Shown: positions 1 to 11,884, counted from the first letter of the stretch. The stretch: 64,000 nt of DNA from Wenyingzhuangia sp. 2_MG-2023 (GCF_030548295.1 NZ_JAUOSB010000002.1:1-64000); one strand, 5' to 3'. Translations and numbers: made by a program. Notes: generated by a model from the letters alone, not told the origin.

Positions 1-385
1 CAACCACGCTCGAACACCGTGTAGATATTATATAACTTCGTATTGTAGGGTCTTCGAGCGAAGTCGAGAAGCAAAGTCTCAAAGGAGAATGATAATACAA
101 AGAAACATTAAAGGTTCTCGACTCTACTTCGACTGCGCTCTGCAACCAAACTAGAACACCGTGTAGGTACTATATAATTTCGTATTATAGGGTCTTCGAG
201 CGAAGTCGAGAAGCAAAGTCTCAAAGGAAAATGACAATACTAAGAAGCATTAGAGGTTCTCGACTCTACTTCGACTGCGCTCTGCAACCACGCTCGAACA
301 CCATGTAGGTTTTAAATAACTTCGTATTGCAGGGTCTTCGAGCGCAGTCGAGAAGCGAAGTCGAGAAGCAAAGTGTTAAAAGAAA
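1..385. repeat. 142-bp tandem repeat, about 2.7 copies (units start near 1, 143, 285); the third copy is degenerate with an internal duplication of GAAGTCGAGAAGC
   Basis: Direct alignment of caaccacgctcgaacaccgtgtag...ggtcttcgagcgaagtcgagaagcaaagtctcaaagga...ggttctcgactctacttcgactgcgctctg across three copies. Internal complementary segments (gaagtcgag / ctcgac...cttcgac) predict stem-loops. Confidence 0.85.
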
Positions 386-386
386 A

Positions 387-2423
<2,037 letters not shown>

Positions 2424-2489
2424 CTAAATAATTCAAGCATTCTACTAAATTATTTTAACTATTTTAGTCATGTATTTAAAATAAAAAAA

Positions 2490-2708
2490 ATGGAAATTGT
2501 AAAAAGTGACAAAAATTTTATAGCCACAGCTTTGTTATGCTTCTTTTTTGGAGCCTTAGGAGTGCATCGTTTTTATGTAGGAAAAGTAGGAACGGGAATT
2601 CTTCAACTTTTCACTTTTGGTGGATTTGGAATTTGGGTTTTTATAGACTTTATCAGAATTTTAGTAGGTAGTTTTAAAGACGGTGATGGGTACTACATCA
2701 AAAACTAA
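2490..2708 (+). CDS. TM2 domain membrane protein
   Basis: 72 aa with two TM helices and a GxHRFY(VG) motif typical of the TM2/NINE family. Confidence 0.6.
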   Translation: MEIVKSDKNFIATALLCFFFGALGVHRFYVGKVGTGILQLFTFGGFGIWVFIDFIRILVGSFKDGDGYYIKN

Positions 2709-2853
2709 CAAACTTTGTATAGCATTACACATCCCCAATACCAACACATAAACTGCGTATTCTCCATACCTACTCAGTTGTAAAATGGAATTCAACAAAA
2801 AGAATTTAAATATATTTGCAACAAATCCACTCCAAAGAATGACAGCTCTATAA

Positions 2854-3435
2854 ATGAACAACACTTTACTAAAAACCAATTTAGCCAAACACATCCCTAT
2901 TACCAATTCCGAGTTGGATAAAATTTGCCACTATTTCAAAAGTCAATCCATCAGCAAAGGAGATTTTTTATTGGAACAAGGTGCTGTATGCAAGTTTGAG
3001 GGTTTTGTAGTTAAAGGATGTTTTAGGGTGTTTATAATTGATGCCAAAGGGAAAGAAAATACGCTTTATTTTGCTGGAAAAGACTGGTGGTTGATGGACA
3101 TTGATAGTTTTATGAATCAAACACCTTCGGATTTAAACATGCAAGCTTTAGAGGATAGTGAAATTTTGTTGATCAACAAAACAGACAAAGAAACCTTGTA
3201 CAACCAATCTCAAACTGTAGAAAGACTCTTCCGCATCATGTCTCAAAAAGCAGTGGCCGCTTGGCAAAAAAGATTGATCCGCAACCACTGTTTAACCGCC
3301 AAAGAGCGTTACCATTATTTTTTAAAAACCTACCCAGACATTGCTTCCAAACTAACAGATCGTCATGTTTCTAGCTATTTGGGCATTACGCATGAATTTT
3401 TAAGTAAAATAAAAAAGAAGCGCATCAATACCTAA
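2854..3435 (+). CDS. Crp/Fnr family transcriptional regulator
   Basis: 193 aa. N-terminal cNMP-binding beta-roll (GDFLLEQGAV...GCFRVF...) and C-terminal HTH (RHVSSYLGITHEFLSKI). Confidence 0.75.
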   Translation: MNNTLLKTNLAKHIPITNSELDKICHYFKSQSISKGDFLLEQGAVCKFEGFVVKGCFRVFIIDAKGKENTLYFAGKDWWLMDIDSFMNQTPSDLNMQALEDSEILLINKTDKETLYNQSQTVERLFRIMSQKAVAAWQKRLIRNHCLTAKERYHYFLKTYPDIASKLTDRHVSSYLGITHEFLSKIKKKRINT

Positions 3436-3512
3436 TTTTTTGGGTTGTTGAACTTGTTCTACTATTTTCTTAAAATCGTTTGTAATCTTTGTAACACAAA
3501 ATTATAACTTAG

Positions 3513-4199
3513 ATGAAAAACGTATTATTTGTTTTAACAAGTCACTCAGATTTAGGAAACACAGGTCAAAAAACAGGATTTTGGATAGAAGAATTTGCGG
3601 CTCCCTATTACTATTTGATAGACAATGGAATGCAAGTAACCTTAAGCTCTGTAAAAGGCGGACAACCACCTATAGACCCAAAAAGTAACGAACCCGATTT
3701 TCAAACACCGGCAACAATCAGATTCAACAAAGACACAAAACTTCAAGAAGATTTGGCTAAAACACAACCTATTGCTGCCGTAAATCATGAGGATTTTGAT
3801 GCTGTATTTTATCCAGGTGGTCATGGACCTCTTTGGGATTTGTCCGAAGACAACGTATCTGTAAAACTTATTGAGAGCTTTAACAATGCCAACAAACCCG
3901 TAGCGGCTGTTTGCCACGCTCCTATTGTGCTAAAAGATGCCAAAACATCCACAGGAGAACCTTTGGTAAAAGGAAAAAAAGTAACCGGATTTTCTAACTC
4001 CGAAGAAACAGCAATGCAGCTAGAAAACATTGTGCCCTTTTTGGTAGAAACAGAACTTGTAAACAATGGCGGAATTTTTTCTAAAGGAGACGATTGGCAA
4101 GATTATGCAATTGAAGATGGCAACATCATCACAGGTCAAAACCCAGCCAGCTCCGTATCCGTTGCAAAATTATTGTCCAATCAATTAACTGCAAACTAA
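3513..4199 (+). CDS. DJ-1/PfpI (type 1 glutamine amidotransferase-like) family protein
   Basis: 228 aa. Conserved nucleophile-elbow Cys in AAVCHAP and a Hsp31/YajL-like fold pattern. Confidence 0.7.
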   Translation: MKNVLFVLTSHSDLGNTGQKTGFWIEEFAAPYYYLIDNGMQVTLSSVKGGQPPIDPKSNEPDFQTPATIRFNKDTKLQEDLAKTQPIAAVNHEDFDAVFYPGGHGPLWDLSEDNVSVKLIESFNNANKPVAAVCHAPIVLKDAKTSTGEPLVKGKKVTGFSNSEETAMQLENIVPFLVETELVNNGGIFSKGDDWQDYAIEDGNIITGQNPASSVSVAKLLSNQLTAN

Positions 4200-4234
4200 T
4201 GGGTATCTTTAAACCTCCATTCAACATCAAAAAA

Positions 4235-4702
4235 ATGGTATTCCTTTTGGCAACGGCAATGTTACTAGCAACAGAAACAAGCACAGCTCAAAATGCGTAC
4301 GACATTACAGACAATGCTGCTCTTAAAGCTGTTTTGGCAGCCAAGAAAAAAGCAGAGGCAGACAATGTTTTGGTCAACATTGCTGTGGTAGATGCAGGAG
4401 CCAATCTAAAAGCATTCATCCGCATGGACAATTCCTTTTTAGGAAGCATAGATGTTGCTATTAAAAAGGCAAAAACAGCTCGTTATTTCAACATCGATAC
4501 GGGTAAATTGGGGGAATTAACGCAACCAGGTGGAATTATCTACAATATTGAACTTTCTAACGGAGGGTTGATTACGTTTCCTGGTGGTGTGCCCATCAAA
4601 GACAAAAAAGGAAATATTATAGGAGCCATTGGCGTAAGCGGTGGAACAATTGAACAAGATAGAGAAATTGCTACTGCGGGTGCAAAATCAATCGTAAAAT
4701 AA
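4235..4702 (+). CDS. GlcG/HbpS-like (DUF336) heme-binding protein, secreted
   Basis: The ORF track starts at 4199, but the ATG at 4235 gives a clean signal peptide (MVFLLATAMLLATETSTAQ). C-terminal GAIGVSGG...ATAGA is DUF336-like. Confidence 0.55.
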   Translation: MVFLLATAMLLATETSTAQNAYDITDNAALKAVLAAKKKAEADNVLVNIAVVDAGANLKAFIRMDNSFLGSIDVAIKKAKTARYFNIDTGKLGELTQPGGIIYNIELSNGGLITFPGGVPIKDKKGNIIGAIGVSGGTIEQDREIATAGAKSIVK

Positions 4703-4720
4703 CCTAATTAATTAAAAAAT

Positions 4721-6241
4721 ATGAATCGTATAACAAGCTATTTTATTGGTTTTGTAGTGTTGGTCTCTCAAATTTGTGTTGCACAAGTTTCTGACAACCC
4801 AACCTTGTATAGAAAAGATTTTAAAGACATATCTGCAAACAACACCGTAACGGTAACCAGTTACGAAAAAGAAGGATCTCATTACGTATATGCAGGTGGC
4901 TACGGAAATATAGACGTATTTGGTTTAAACAAAGAAGGACAACTGACACCTATTAGCAATCACGAACTTTACAAACAAAAGGGACCTGCTAGAGGAATGG
5001 TTGCCGACAAAATTAACGGTACAGACTTTCTGTTTGTAGCAAACAAATATGGTGATGCTATAGAAACTTTTAAGATTTTAAACAACGGTTCTTTGGAACG
5101 AGTTGCTTTGGTAGAAGATACTGAAGAAACTTACTTAGGTACTGCTATTACACTACAAGTTGTGCACATGAAAAAAGCTTCTTACCTCTTTATTGGTGGT
5201 TTGGAAGAAACGCCAGGATTGAGTTGTTTTAAAATACAAAGTGATGGAAAACTAACCCACGTTCAATCTATGAAAGACGATGAAAAAATTCATACCGATG
5301 GAATTATTGGAATGTTTACGCACAAAATAAAAGGAAAAACCTTTTTGTATACAGGAGGTTTTCAAGACAACGGTGTTAGTGGTTTTAGAGTATATAAAAA
5401 TGGAACTTTTAAAAACATCAACAACATAGACGACAATACCACTGATAGATACTTAACAGGAGCCTACCCAGTAACTGGAGTTACTTTTGGAGACGATCAT
5501 TATGTGATTGTAGGACATAGACATCACAAATATTACAAAAGAGGTGGCTTTATAAAAAGACCTAATTTTACATACCATGGAGATGCCGTGAGTGTTTTTA
5601 AAATTGATAGAAGAGGAAAATTAATTCCTCATTCTCTATTGATAGATGATGAAACAACCAAACTATCTGGTCAAACAAGAATAGAGGTTCTTTCTACAAA
5701 CAACAACGAAGCTATTTTGGCAGTAGGTACAAGAGATGATGCTAGCATTCAACTTTGCAAATTAGACAAAGATGGAATGTTAAGTCCCATCAACTATTTA
5801 GAAACAGGATTCTCTATATATTACGGTTTAAAATCTCACAAAATTGGAGAAGATTACTTTCTAATTGCAGGTTCAAACAGGTTTGATTTTAAAAAGTTAG
5901 TTGCCTACAAAGTGGCTCCTGAAAATACCAAAACAAAAGGAAAAAGCATAAAACACGTGGTCAACCTTAAGTTTAAAGACAGCGCTAGTCAAGAAGCTAT
6001 TGACAAGGGAATGGCCATTTTTGAAAATCTTAAAAATGATATTCCAGAAATTGCACATTTTGAAGGAGGAACAAACGACAGTACAGAAGGTAATAGCAAA
6101 GTATTTACGCATTGCTATGTCATCACCTTTAAAGACCAACATGCTAGAGAAACCTACCTCTTTCACCCAGCTCATTTAAAGTTGATTAGTGTAATTGGTC
6201 CTTTAATTGAAGATGTTTTTGTAATGGATTACTTTTACTAA
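4721..6241 (+). CDS. Secreted lactonase-type 7-bladed beta-propeller fused to a C-terminal Dabb (stress-responsive A/B barrel) domain
   Basis: 506 aa. Signal peptide, repeated ...GG..I.VF...DG.L... blades over the first ~400 aa, and the last ~95 aa (VVNLKFKD...HCYVITFKDQHARETYLFHPAHLKL) match a Dabb domain. Confidence 0.5.
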   Translation: MNRITSYFIGFVVLVSQICVAQVSDNPTLYRKDFKDISANNTVTVTSYEKEGSHYVYAGGYGNIDVFGLNKEGQLTPISNHELYKQKGPARGMVADKINGTDFLFVANKYGDAIETFKILNNGSLERVALVEDTEETYLGTAITLQVVHMKKASYLFIGGLEETPGLSCFKIQSDGKLTHVQSMKDDEKIHTDGIIGMFTHKIKGKTFLYTGGFQDNGVSGFRVYKNGTFKNINNIDDNTTDRYLTGAYPVTGVTFGDDHYVIVGHRHHKYYKRGGFIKRPNFTYHGDAVSVFKIDRRGKLIPHSLLIDDETTKLSGQTRIEVLSTNNNEAILAVGTRDDASIQLCKLDKDGMLSPINYLETGFSIYYGLKSHKIGEDYFLIAGSNRFDFKKLVAYKVAPENTKTKGKSIKHVVNLKFKDSASQEAIDKGMAIFENLKNDIPEIAHFEGGTNDSTEGNSKVFTHCYVITFKDQHARETYLFHPAHLKLISVIGPLIEDVFVMDYFY

Positions 6242-6252
6242 CATCTATACAC

Positions 6253-6297
6253 AATGTATTCAAACAAGTTATAGAAATATAGCTGTTTGAATACATT
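6253..6297. terminator. 14-bp perfect inverted repeat (aatgtattcaaaca / tgtttgaatacatt) between convergent genes
   Basis: Seen directly in the sequence. There is no clear U-run, so it may be a bidirectional terminator or an RNA structure. Confidence 0.4.
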
Positions 6298-6300
6298 CTA

Positions 6301-7032
6301 TCAATCATTCAACTTATTGATGATTTGATTGACCTTGTTTTCCAAATCAGAAACAAACTGAGGGTATCTTTTCAAAATCACTTCGGTAACTTTCCATAAA
6401 TAAACATCCGTTTCCAGGGTTACCTCTATAGGGGCTACATTGATTTGATCTGCCAAAAACATATAATGTGTTTCTGTTTTAGAAAACCTACGAACAAACA
6501 TTGTTTCTTGCGTCAATACAAGCACTACTTCTCCTGTTTTTACATCTTCTAACAAAACACGCTTTCCAATCACAACATCACCAGGAAACAAGCCTTCTTG
6601 TTGATGTACCATTACCAAATCATCTACCACAAAAGCCAAAACATCTTTGTCATCTGTTGTTGGTATTTTAATTTTTGGCAAAAAATCATACGTTTGAGAA
6701 TGAGTAAAGTCTGCAACAAACAAACTTTTGTTCAAATGGGTTACAAAAGGAATTTCTACAAAACTACTCCTCACAACCTGATTCAAATCCGTTGTAATTC
6801 CGCCATCAAAACTTAACAATTGATTGACAGTGATTTCTTTCGTCAGTATATCATCAATAGAAATGCTAAAATAATTAGCAACTTTTACAATCGTATCAAT
6901 TTTTGGCTCGCTTCTACCCTCTTCATAAGCCCCTAACGTAGCTCTTTTCAACGAAAAGAGATCGGCAAAAGATTGTTGACTCATTTTCTTAATTCCTCTA
7001 ATTTTTTTAACATTTCTTCCAAAAAAAGACAT
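6301..7032 (-). CDS. XRE-family HTH regulator with a C-terminal S24 (LexA/cI-like) peptidase domain
   Basis: 243 aa. N-terminal HTH (KKIRGIKKMSQQSFADLFSLKRATLGAYEEGRSEP) and a C-terminal beta-rich S24-like region (GDVVIGKRV...GEVVLVLTQE). Transcribed divergently from the PspA cluster. Confidence 0.6.
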   Translation of the reverse strand: MSFFGRNVKKIRGIKKMSQQSFADLFSLKRATLGAYEEGRSEPKIDTIVKVANYFSISIDDILTKEITVNQLLSFDGGITTDLNQVVRSSFVEIPFVTHLNKSLFVADFTHSQTYDFLPKIKIPTTDDKDVLAFVVDDLVMVHQQEGLFPGDVVIGKRVLLEDVKTGEVVLVLTQETMFVRRFSKTETHYMFLADQINVAPIEVTLETDVYLWKVTEVILKRYPQFVSDLENKVNQIINKLND

Positions 7033-7235
7033 ATTTTGCTAATTTTATTTGCAATTTAACTTATTACTCTTATATTTGAGGTACAAATAACACATAAACC
7101 AAAGAGAATGATTCAAAAATAAAGCAAAAAACAGAATTGCAAAAAAAATTAGCAACAAAAGAATAAAAACTAATAAAACAACCACTTATTATCCAAAAGT
7201 GTTTTGTAATATTAAACAGTAAAAAAATAAAATAT

Positions 7236-7631
7236 ATGAAAAACTATTTTGATAAGATCAAACATTATTTGCTGGAGTTGAACTACAACATCACTCACGA
7301 AGATAACGAAGAAGGGATCTTAATGATTCAAAATCAAGAAGAAGGAATTAACAATTTAATTTTAGGTATTGCCGATCCTATCTTAATCATCGAGCAATAT
7401 ATATTTAAAATCAACAGTCCTAACCAAGATATTTTCAAACAATTGTTACAAAAAAACAGAGACATTGTTCACGGTGCTTTTGTGTTGGACGAATCGGGAG
7501 AAAAAGTCATTTTTAGAGATACGTTGCAACTAGAAAATATTGATTTGAACGAATTAGAAGGTTCTATCAACTCCCTAAGTTTATTGTTGAGCGAATACTC
7601 ACAAAACATCATTGAGTTTTCTAAAGCATAA
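7236..7631 (+). CDS. YbjN/CesT-like putative chaperone-fold protein (tentative)
   Basis: 131 aa acidic cytoplasmic protein with an alternating beta/alpha pattern, immediately upstream of pspA. The arrangement is analogous to E. coli yjfI-yjfJ. Confidence 0.35.
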   Translation: MKNYFDKIKHYLLELNYNITHEDNEEGILMIQNQEEGINNLILGIADPILIIEQYIFKINSPNQDIFKQLLQKNRDIVHGAFVLDESGEKVIFRDTLQLENIDLNELEGSINSLSLLLSEYSQNIIEFSKA

Positions 7632-7724
7632 AACCAAAACACACAAAGTCTGGAAACAGAAAATAAGATTGATTGTGGTAAAACAATCAACAAGAGTAGA
7701 GTATAAATTATTAAAACATTCGTT

Positions 7725-8423
7725 ATGAACATATTCAAAAGATTATTTAACGTAGGAAAAGCAGAAGCACATTCTGCAATTGACATGATGGAAGATCCCA
7801 TCAAAATGACCGAACAAGGAATTAGAGACATGAAAGGTGATTTGACCAAAGCGCTAGAAGGTTTGGCACAAGTAAAAGCCATGTTGATTCGTTCTAAAAA
7901 CGACAAGACAGAATTTGAGGCAAAAGCAAAAGACTACCAAAGCAAAGCCATGTTGATTTTGCAAAAAGTGCAAAAAGGAGAGTTGGCAGCTGAGGATGGA
8001 GATCGTTTGGCCAAAGAAGCATTGGTTCGTAAAGAAGAAAATCAAGCCCATGTAAGTCGTGCTACCGCAGAAATTGAAAAATTCTCTCAATCTGTATCGC
8101 AATTAGAAAGCAATGTAAACAAATTAAAGAGCAACATTGGCAAATGGGAAAACGAATTGAAAACCTTAAAAGCCAGAGTAAAAGTTTCTAATGCTACCAA
8201 AAACTTAAACAAACAAATGGCTGCCATTGACAGTTCTAGTACGGTAAACATGTTAGAAAAAATGAAAGAAAAAGTAGCTCAAGAAGAAGCTTTGGCAGAT
8301 GCGTACGGTGATATTGCCAACGAGTCTAGAAGCATTGACGAAGAAATAGACAAAGTTTTAGACAGCACACAAGCAAGTGCTGATAATGACCTTGATGCTT
8401 TGAAAAAACAGATGGGTTTATAA
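7725..8423 (+). CDS. pspA: PspA/IM30 family protein (phage shock protein A homolog)
   Basis: 232 aa, all-helical coiled coil. N-terminus MNIFKRLFNVGKAEAHSAIDMMEDP matches the PspA/Vipp1 amphipathic helix and core. Confidence 0.85.
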   Translation: MNIFKRLFNVGKAEAHSAIDMMEDPIKMTEQGIRDMKGDLTKALEGLAQVKAMLIRSKNDKTEFEAKAKDYQSKAMLILQKVQKGELAAEDGDRLAKEALVRKEENQAHVSRATAEIEKFSQSVSQLESNVNKLKSNIGKWENELKTLKARVKVSNATKNLNKQMAAIDSSSTVNMLEKMKEKVAQEEALADAYGDIANESRSIDEEIDKVLDSTQASADNDLDALKKQMGL

Positions 8424-8434
8424 AAAACCTCCCC

Positions 8435-8470
8435 ACTCAGAGTTTGATAAATTTCAGACTCTGAGTTTTT
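8435..8470 (+). terminator. Rho-independent terminator after pspA
   Basis: Stem actcagagt ... actctgagt followed by TTTTT. Confidence 0.7.
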
Positions 8471-8490
8471 AAAAAAATTGCAAAAGAAAA

Positions 8491-9189
8491 ATGACACTTT
8501 ACGAACTAGTTTTTTCTCCCATAAACACTCCTTTGACGATTTTCTTAATCGCTCTTACCGTTTATAGAATTATCACCACAATTATAGGACTAGATTTTGA
8601 CTTTGATGTAGACATAGATCTAGATATTGATGTAGACATGGATGCTTCTACAGATAGTACCGCTGTAGATTTGGAAGAAATTTCTAATGTAGAACTGAAA
8701 AACGAAACCGTTGTTAGCAACCGAAGAAAGTCTTTAAAATGGTGGCAAGTCTTGCTGATCTATTTCAACTTTACAGAATTGCCCTTTATGTTTACACTAA
8801 CTTCTTGGGTATTTTTCTGGTGGTTCATCACCGTATTGGGAACGTACATTACGTTTAGCCATCACAACGCATTTGGATTCGTCATTTTTGCAGCTGCTAT
8901 CATTCCCTCCTTAATTTTAAACAAAATTTTCACCACTCCTTTCAAAAGTGTATTTAAAAAACTAGAAAGAAAAGGAGTTGATGCCCTTGACCTTTTAGGA
9001 AGAAAAGGAATTTTAGATTCCAATATTTCTGGAGACAGAATGGGTCGCGTAAAAGTAAAGATTGACGATGATCCTATTCTTATCTACGGAAAATCTTTAA
9101 ACGGTGAAGCTTTAAAATCAGGAACAGAAATATTGATTATCAAAGAAGATACAAGCAAAAAATTTTACTACATAAAAAACAACTATTAA
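8491..9189 (+). CDS. NfeD/YqiJ-like membrane protein (flotillin partner)
   Basis: 232 aa. TM helices, an acidic DFDFDVDIDLDIDVDMD repeat, and a C-terminal beta (OB-like) domain. Directly upstream of the flotillin gene, as in E. coli yqiJK. Confidence 0.6.
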   Translation: MTLYELVFSPINTPLTIFLIALTVYRIITTIIGLDFDFDVDIDLDIDVDMDASTDSTAVDLEEISNVELKNETVVSNRRKSLKWWQVLLIYFNFTELPFMFTLTSWVFFWWFITVLGTYITFSHHNAFGFVIFAAAIIPSLILNKIFTTPFKSVFKKLERKGVDALDLLGRKGILDSNISGDRMGRVKVKIDDDPILIYGKSLNGEALKSGTEILIIKEDTSKKFYYIKNNY

Positions 9190-9201
9190 CAAAAAATTAC
9201 T

Positions 9202-11298
9202 ATGAATTTAAGTATCATATCACTAGCATTCTCAGACATTGCGTCTTCTATGGTAGGAATCGCCGTTGGAGGTTTGGCAGGATTAATTTTACTTTTTGTG
9301 CTATTTATAGCCATGTTTTACAAAAAAATACCGCAAGGTGAAGCTATTGTAAAAACAGGGTTTGGAGGCACACAAGTTGCCTTTGACAAAGGAATGTACG
9401 TAATACCTGTTCTACACAAAGTAGAAATTATGGACATTTCTGTAAAAAAAATCAAGGTAGAGCGTATGCTAGAAGATGGTTTGATTTGTAAAGACAATTT
9501 AAGAGCAGACATAAAAGTGGCCTTTTTTGTAAGAGTAAACAAATCCAAAGATGCTATAATAGAAGTTGCACAAACCATTGGTTGTGAAAGAGCTTCTAAC
9601 GAAGAAACTTTGTACGAATTGTTTGAAGCTAAGTTCTCAGAAGCTTTAAAAACAGTAGGTAAAAAGTTCAATTTCATCGATTTGTACGAAGCTCGTAGAG
9701 AGTTTAGAGATGAAATCATCAACATTATTGCTACAGATTTAAACGGATACACACTAGAAGATTGTGCGATTGATTATTTAGAACAAACGCCCATCAAATA
9801 CCTAAAACCAGACAATATTCTAGATTCTGAGGGAATCAAAAAGATTACAGAATTGACGGCAGCACAAAACATCAAAGCCAATTTGATTAGACGTGATGAA
9901 GAAAAAGTGATTCGAAAACAAGATGTAGAAGCCAGAGAAGCCATTCTAGAATTGGACAAACAATTGGCAGAAAAAGAAGAGCAACAAGGTCGTGAAATTG
10001 CCAATATCAAAGCTAGAGAAGCAGCAGAAATAGCAAAAGTATCTCAAGAAGAACGTTTAAAATCTGAATCTGCTAGAATTATTACGGATGAGAAAGTAAA
10101 AATTGCAGAAGAAAATAAAGACCGCCAAATTATAGTAGCCGCTAAAAACAAAGAACGTACAGAAGCTGTAGAAACAGAACGTGTACAAAAAGATAGAGAT
10201 TTAGAAGCTACTGAAAGAATGAAGATTGTTGCCTTGGCAGAAATTGACAAAGAAAAAGCCGTTGAAATAGAACGTAAAAACATTCAAGATGTAATTCGTG
10301 AACGTGTTTCTTTAGAAAAAGGTGTGGTAGAAGAACAAGAAAACACCAAAGATATTGAAGCATTTAAAACGGCAGATCGTGAAAAGAAAGTAGCCATTAC
10401 CTTGGCAGAAAAAGATGCAGAAGCATCCTTAATTACAGTCATCAAAGCTGCCGAAGCACAAAAAGAAGCTTCAAAACAACGAGCAGAAGAAATGAACATT
10501 GATGCACAGGCTAAAAAAGAAGCTTCTACCAAAGAAGCAGAAGCTAGAAAAATTATTGCAGATGCTACTGCCAAAGAAGAAGCAACTATTGGATTGTCTG
10601 AAGCACAAGTATTGCATGCAAAAGCAGATGCTCACGAACGTGAAGGTTTGGTACAAGCTAATATTATAGAAAAAACAGCCTTGGCAGAAGCAGTTGGAAT
10701 TGAAGTACGAGCTGCAGCCATGAAAAAACAAGGGTTGGCAGAAGCAGATATTATTAAAGAAAAAGCACTTGCAGATGCGGCCGGTATTGAAGAGAAAGCA
10801 GAGGCTATGAAAAAACTAGATGGAGTTGGAAAAGAGCACGAAGAATTCAAACTGCGTTTAGACAAAGAATTGCAAGTAGACTTGGCAGAAATCAACATAC
10901 AAAAAGAAATTGCCGATGCACAAGCAGACGTAATTGGAGAAGCTTTGAAAGCTGCTAATATTGATATTGTAGGTGGTGAAACCATGTTCTTTGACCAAAT
11001 AATTGGACAAATTACTCGCTCTAAAGGAATAGACCGCTTGGTAAATCATTCTGCAAACATTACAGAAGTAAAAGATGCCATTTTAGGTTCTAATGACGTA
11101 AAAGGAAATTTGTTAGACAAAGTTAAAAGTTTTGCCACGGATTACGGAATTGGTTCTGAAGACATTAAAAACTTAACCATCTCTAGTTTGTTGTTAAAAC
11201 TACATGGAAAAGCAAGTTCTAACGATGAGAAGAATTTATTCTCTAATCTGACCAATTTGTCCAAAGCATTAGGATTGGGAGATCAGAAGTTGGGTTAA
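9202..11298 (+). CDS. Flotillin / SPFH (band 7) domain protein with a long E/A/K-rich coiled-coil tail
   Basis: 698 aa. N-terminal TM segment, an SPFH domain (EAIVKTGFGG...VIPVLHKVEIMDISV...), then extensive EA-repeat coiled coil as in YqiK/flotillins. Confidence 0.85.
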   Translation: MNLSIISLAFSDIASSMVGIAVGGLAGLILLFVLFIAMFYKKIPQGEAIVKTGFGGTQVAFDKGMYVIPVLHKVEIMDISVKKIKVERMLEDGLICKDNLRADIKVAFFVRVNKSKDAIIEVAQTIGCERASNEETLYELFEAKFSEALKTVGKKFNFIDLYEARREFRDEIINIIATDLNGYTLEDCAIDYLEQTPIKYLKPDNILDSEGIKKITELTAAQNIKANLIRRDEEKVIRKQDVEAREAILELDKQLAEKEEQQGREIANIKAREAAEIAKVSQEERLKSESARIITDEKVKIAEENKDRQIIVAAKNKERTEAVETERVQKDRDLEATERMKIVALAEIDKEKAVEIERKNIQDVIRERVSLEKGVVEEQENTKDIEAFKTADREKKVAITLAEKDAEASLITVIKAAEAQKEASKQRAEEMNIDAQAKKEASTKEAEARKIIADATAKEEATIGLSEAQVLHAKADAHEREGLVQANIIEKTALAEAVGIEVRAAAMKKQGLAEADIIKEKALADAAGIEEKAEAMKKLDGVGKEHEEFKLRLDKELQVDLAEINIQKEIADAQADVIGEALKAANIDIVGGETMFFDQIIGQITRSKGIDRLVNHSANITEVKDAILGSNDVKGNLLDKVKSFATDYGIGSEDIKNLTISSLLLKLHGKASSNDEKNLFSNLTNLSKALGLGDQKLG

Positions 11299-11386
11299 TC
11301 TAACAACTACCCAAGGGGCTTAAGCCCTTTGGGTATCCTGTTGGACAATTCATTAGTTTATTCATTAGTTTTTAACAGATCTAAAG

Positions 11387-11884
11387 ATGCTATATTTAGT
11401 AACATTCACAACTCATAATTCAAGAATTTCCGATAGAATGGTTACTTTTTGCTCTCCAGAATTCATTAAAAATCTAAAGCCTTTTTTATTATTAGACAGC
11501 GATTATCTAAAAATGATTGACTTGGTTGCAGAAGCGATAACAAAATATAAAATAGTTACAATTGCCTTTACAGTAATACCAGATCATGTTCATCTGTTAG
11601 TTGATGTTAAAAATAAGAAAGAATTAAATGAACAAATTCGAAAATTAAAAGGGTTCACCTCCTATCAATTTCAACGATACAAAGAATGGAAAAAAGGAGA
11701 AAATCATGTTTGGTCTCAAAAATTTCACAAAAAAGAGGTCGATTCTGAATTGAACAACATAGCCCGAGTCGTAAATTACATCCATAAAAATACAGAAAAA
11801 CATTACAAAAGATGGGGAAATTTGTTGAATGAATCTAAGCCTCTTCTAAAGAAGCTAAACGAGAAAAACTGTAATCAACTGTAA
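11387..11884 (+). CDS. IS200/IS605-like Y1 (HUH) transposase of the RAYT/TnpA_REP type
   Basis: 165 aa. YLVTFTTHNSR (cf. WFFTVNLRNRR of E. coli RAYT), HUH motif IPDHVHLLV, and a C-terminal WSQKFHKK...VVNYIHKNTEKH with the catalytic Tyr. Confidence 0.8.
   Translation: MLYLVTFTTHNSRISDRMVTFCSPEFIKNLKPFLLLDSDYLKMIDLVAEAITKYKIVTIAFTVIPDHVHLLVDVKNKKELNEQIRKLKGFTSYQFQRYKEWKKGENHVWSQKFHKKEVDSELNNIARVVNYIHKNTEKHYKRWGNLLNESKPLLKKLNEKNCNQL

Noticed and set aside
35-47. ATAACTTCGTAT, which is identical to a loxP arm, inside the 142-bp repeat
   Set aside because: It is only a 12-13-nt match. It has no inverted partner and no 8-bp spacer architecture. It is a chance resemblance within a repeated element, not a Cre target.
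9318-11049. Several antisense ORFs (144, 78, 79, 96, 86, 117, 63 aa) inside the flotillin gene
   Set aside because: They are S/A/F-rich low-complexity translations of the opposite strand of an EA/KE-repeat coiled-coil region. The sense-strand SPFH/flotillin call explains the whole locus.
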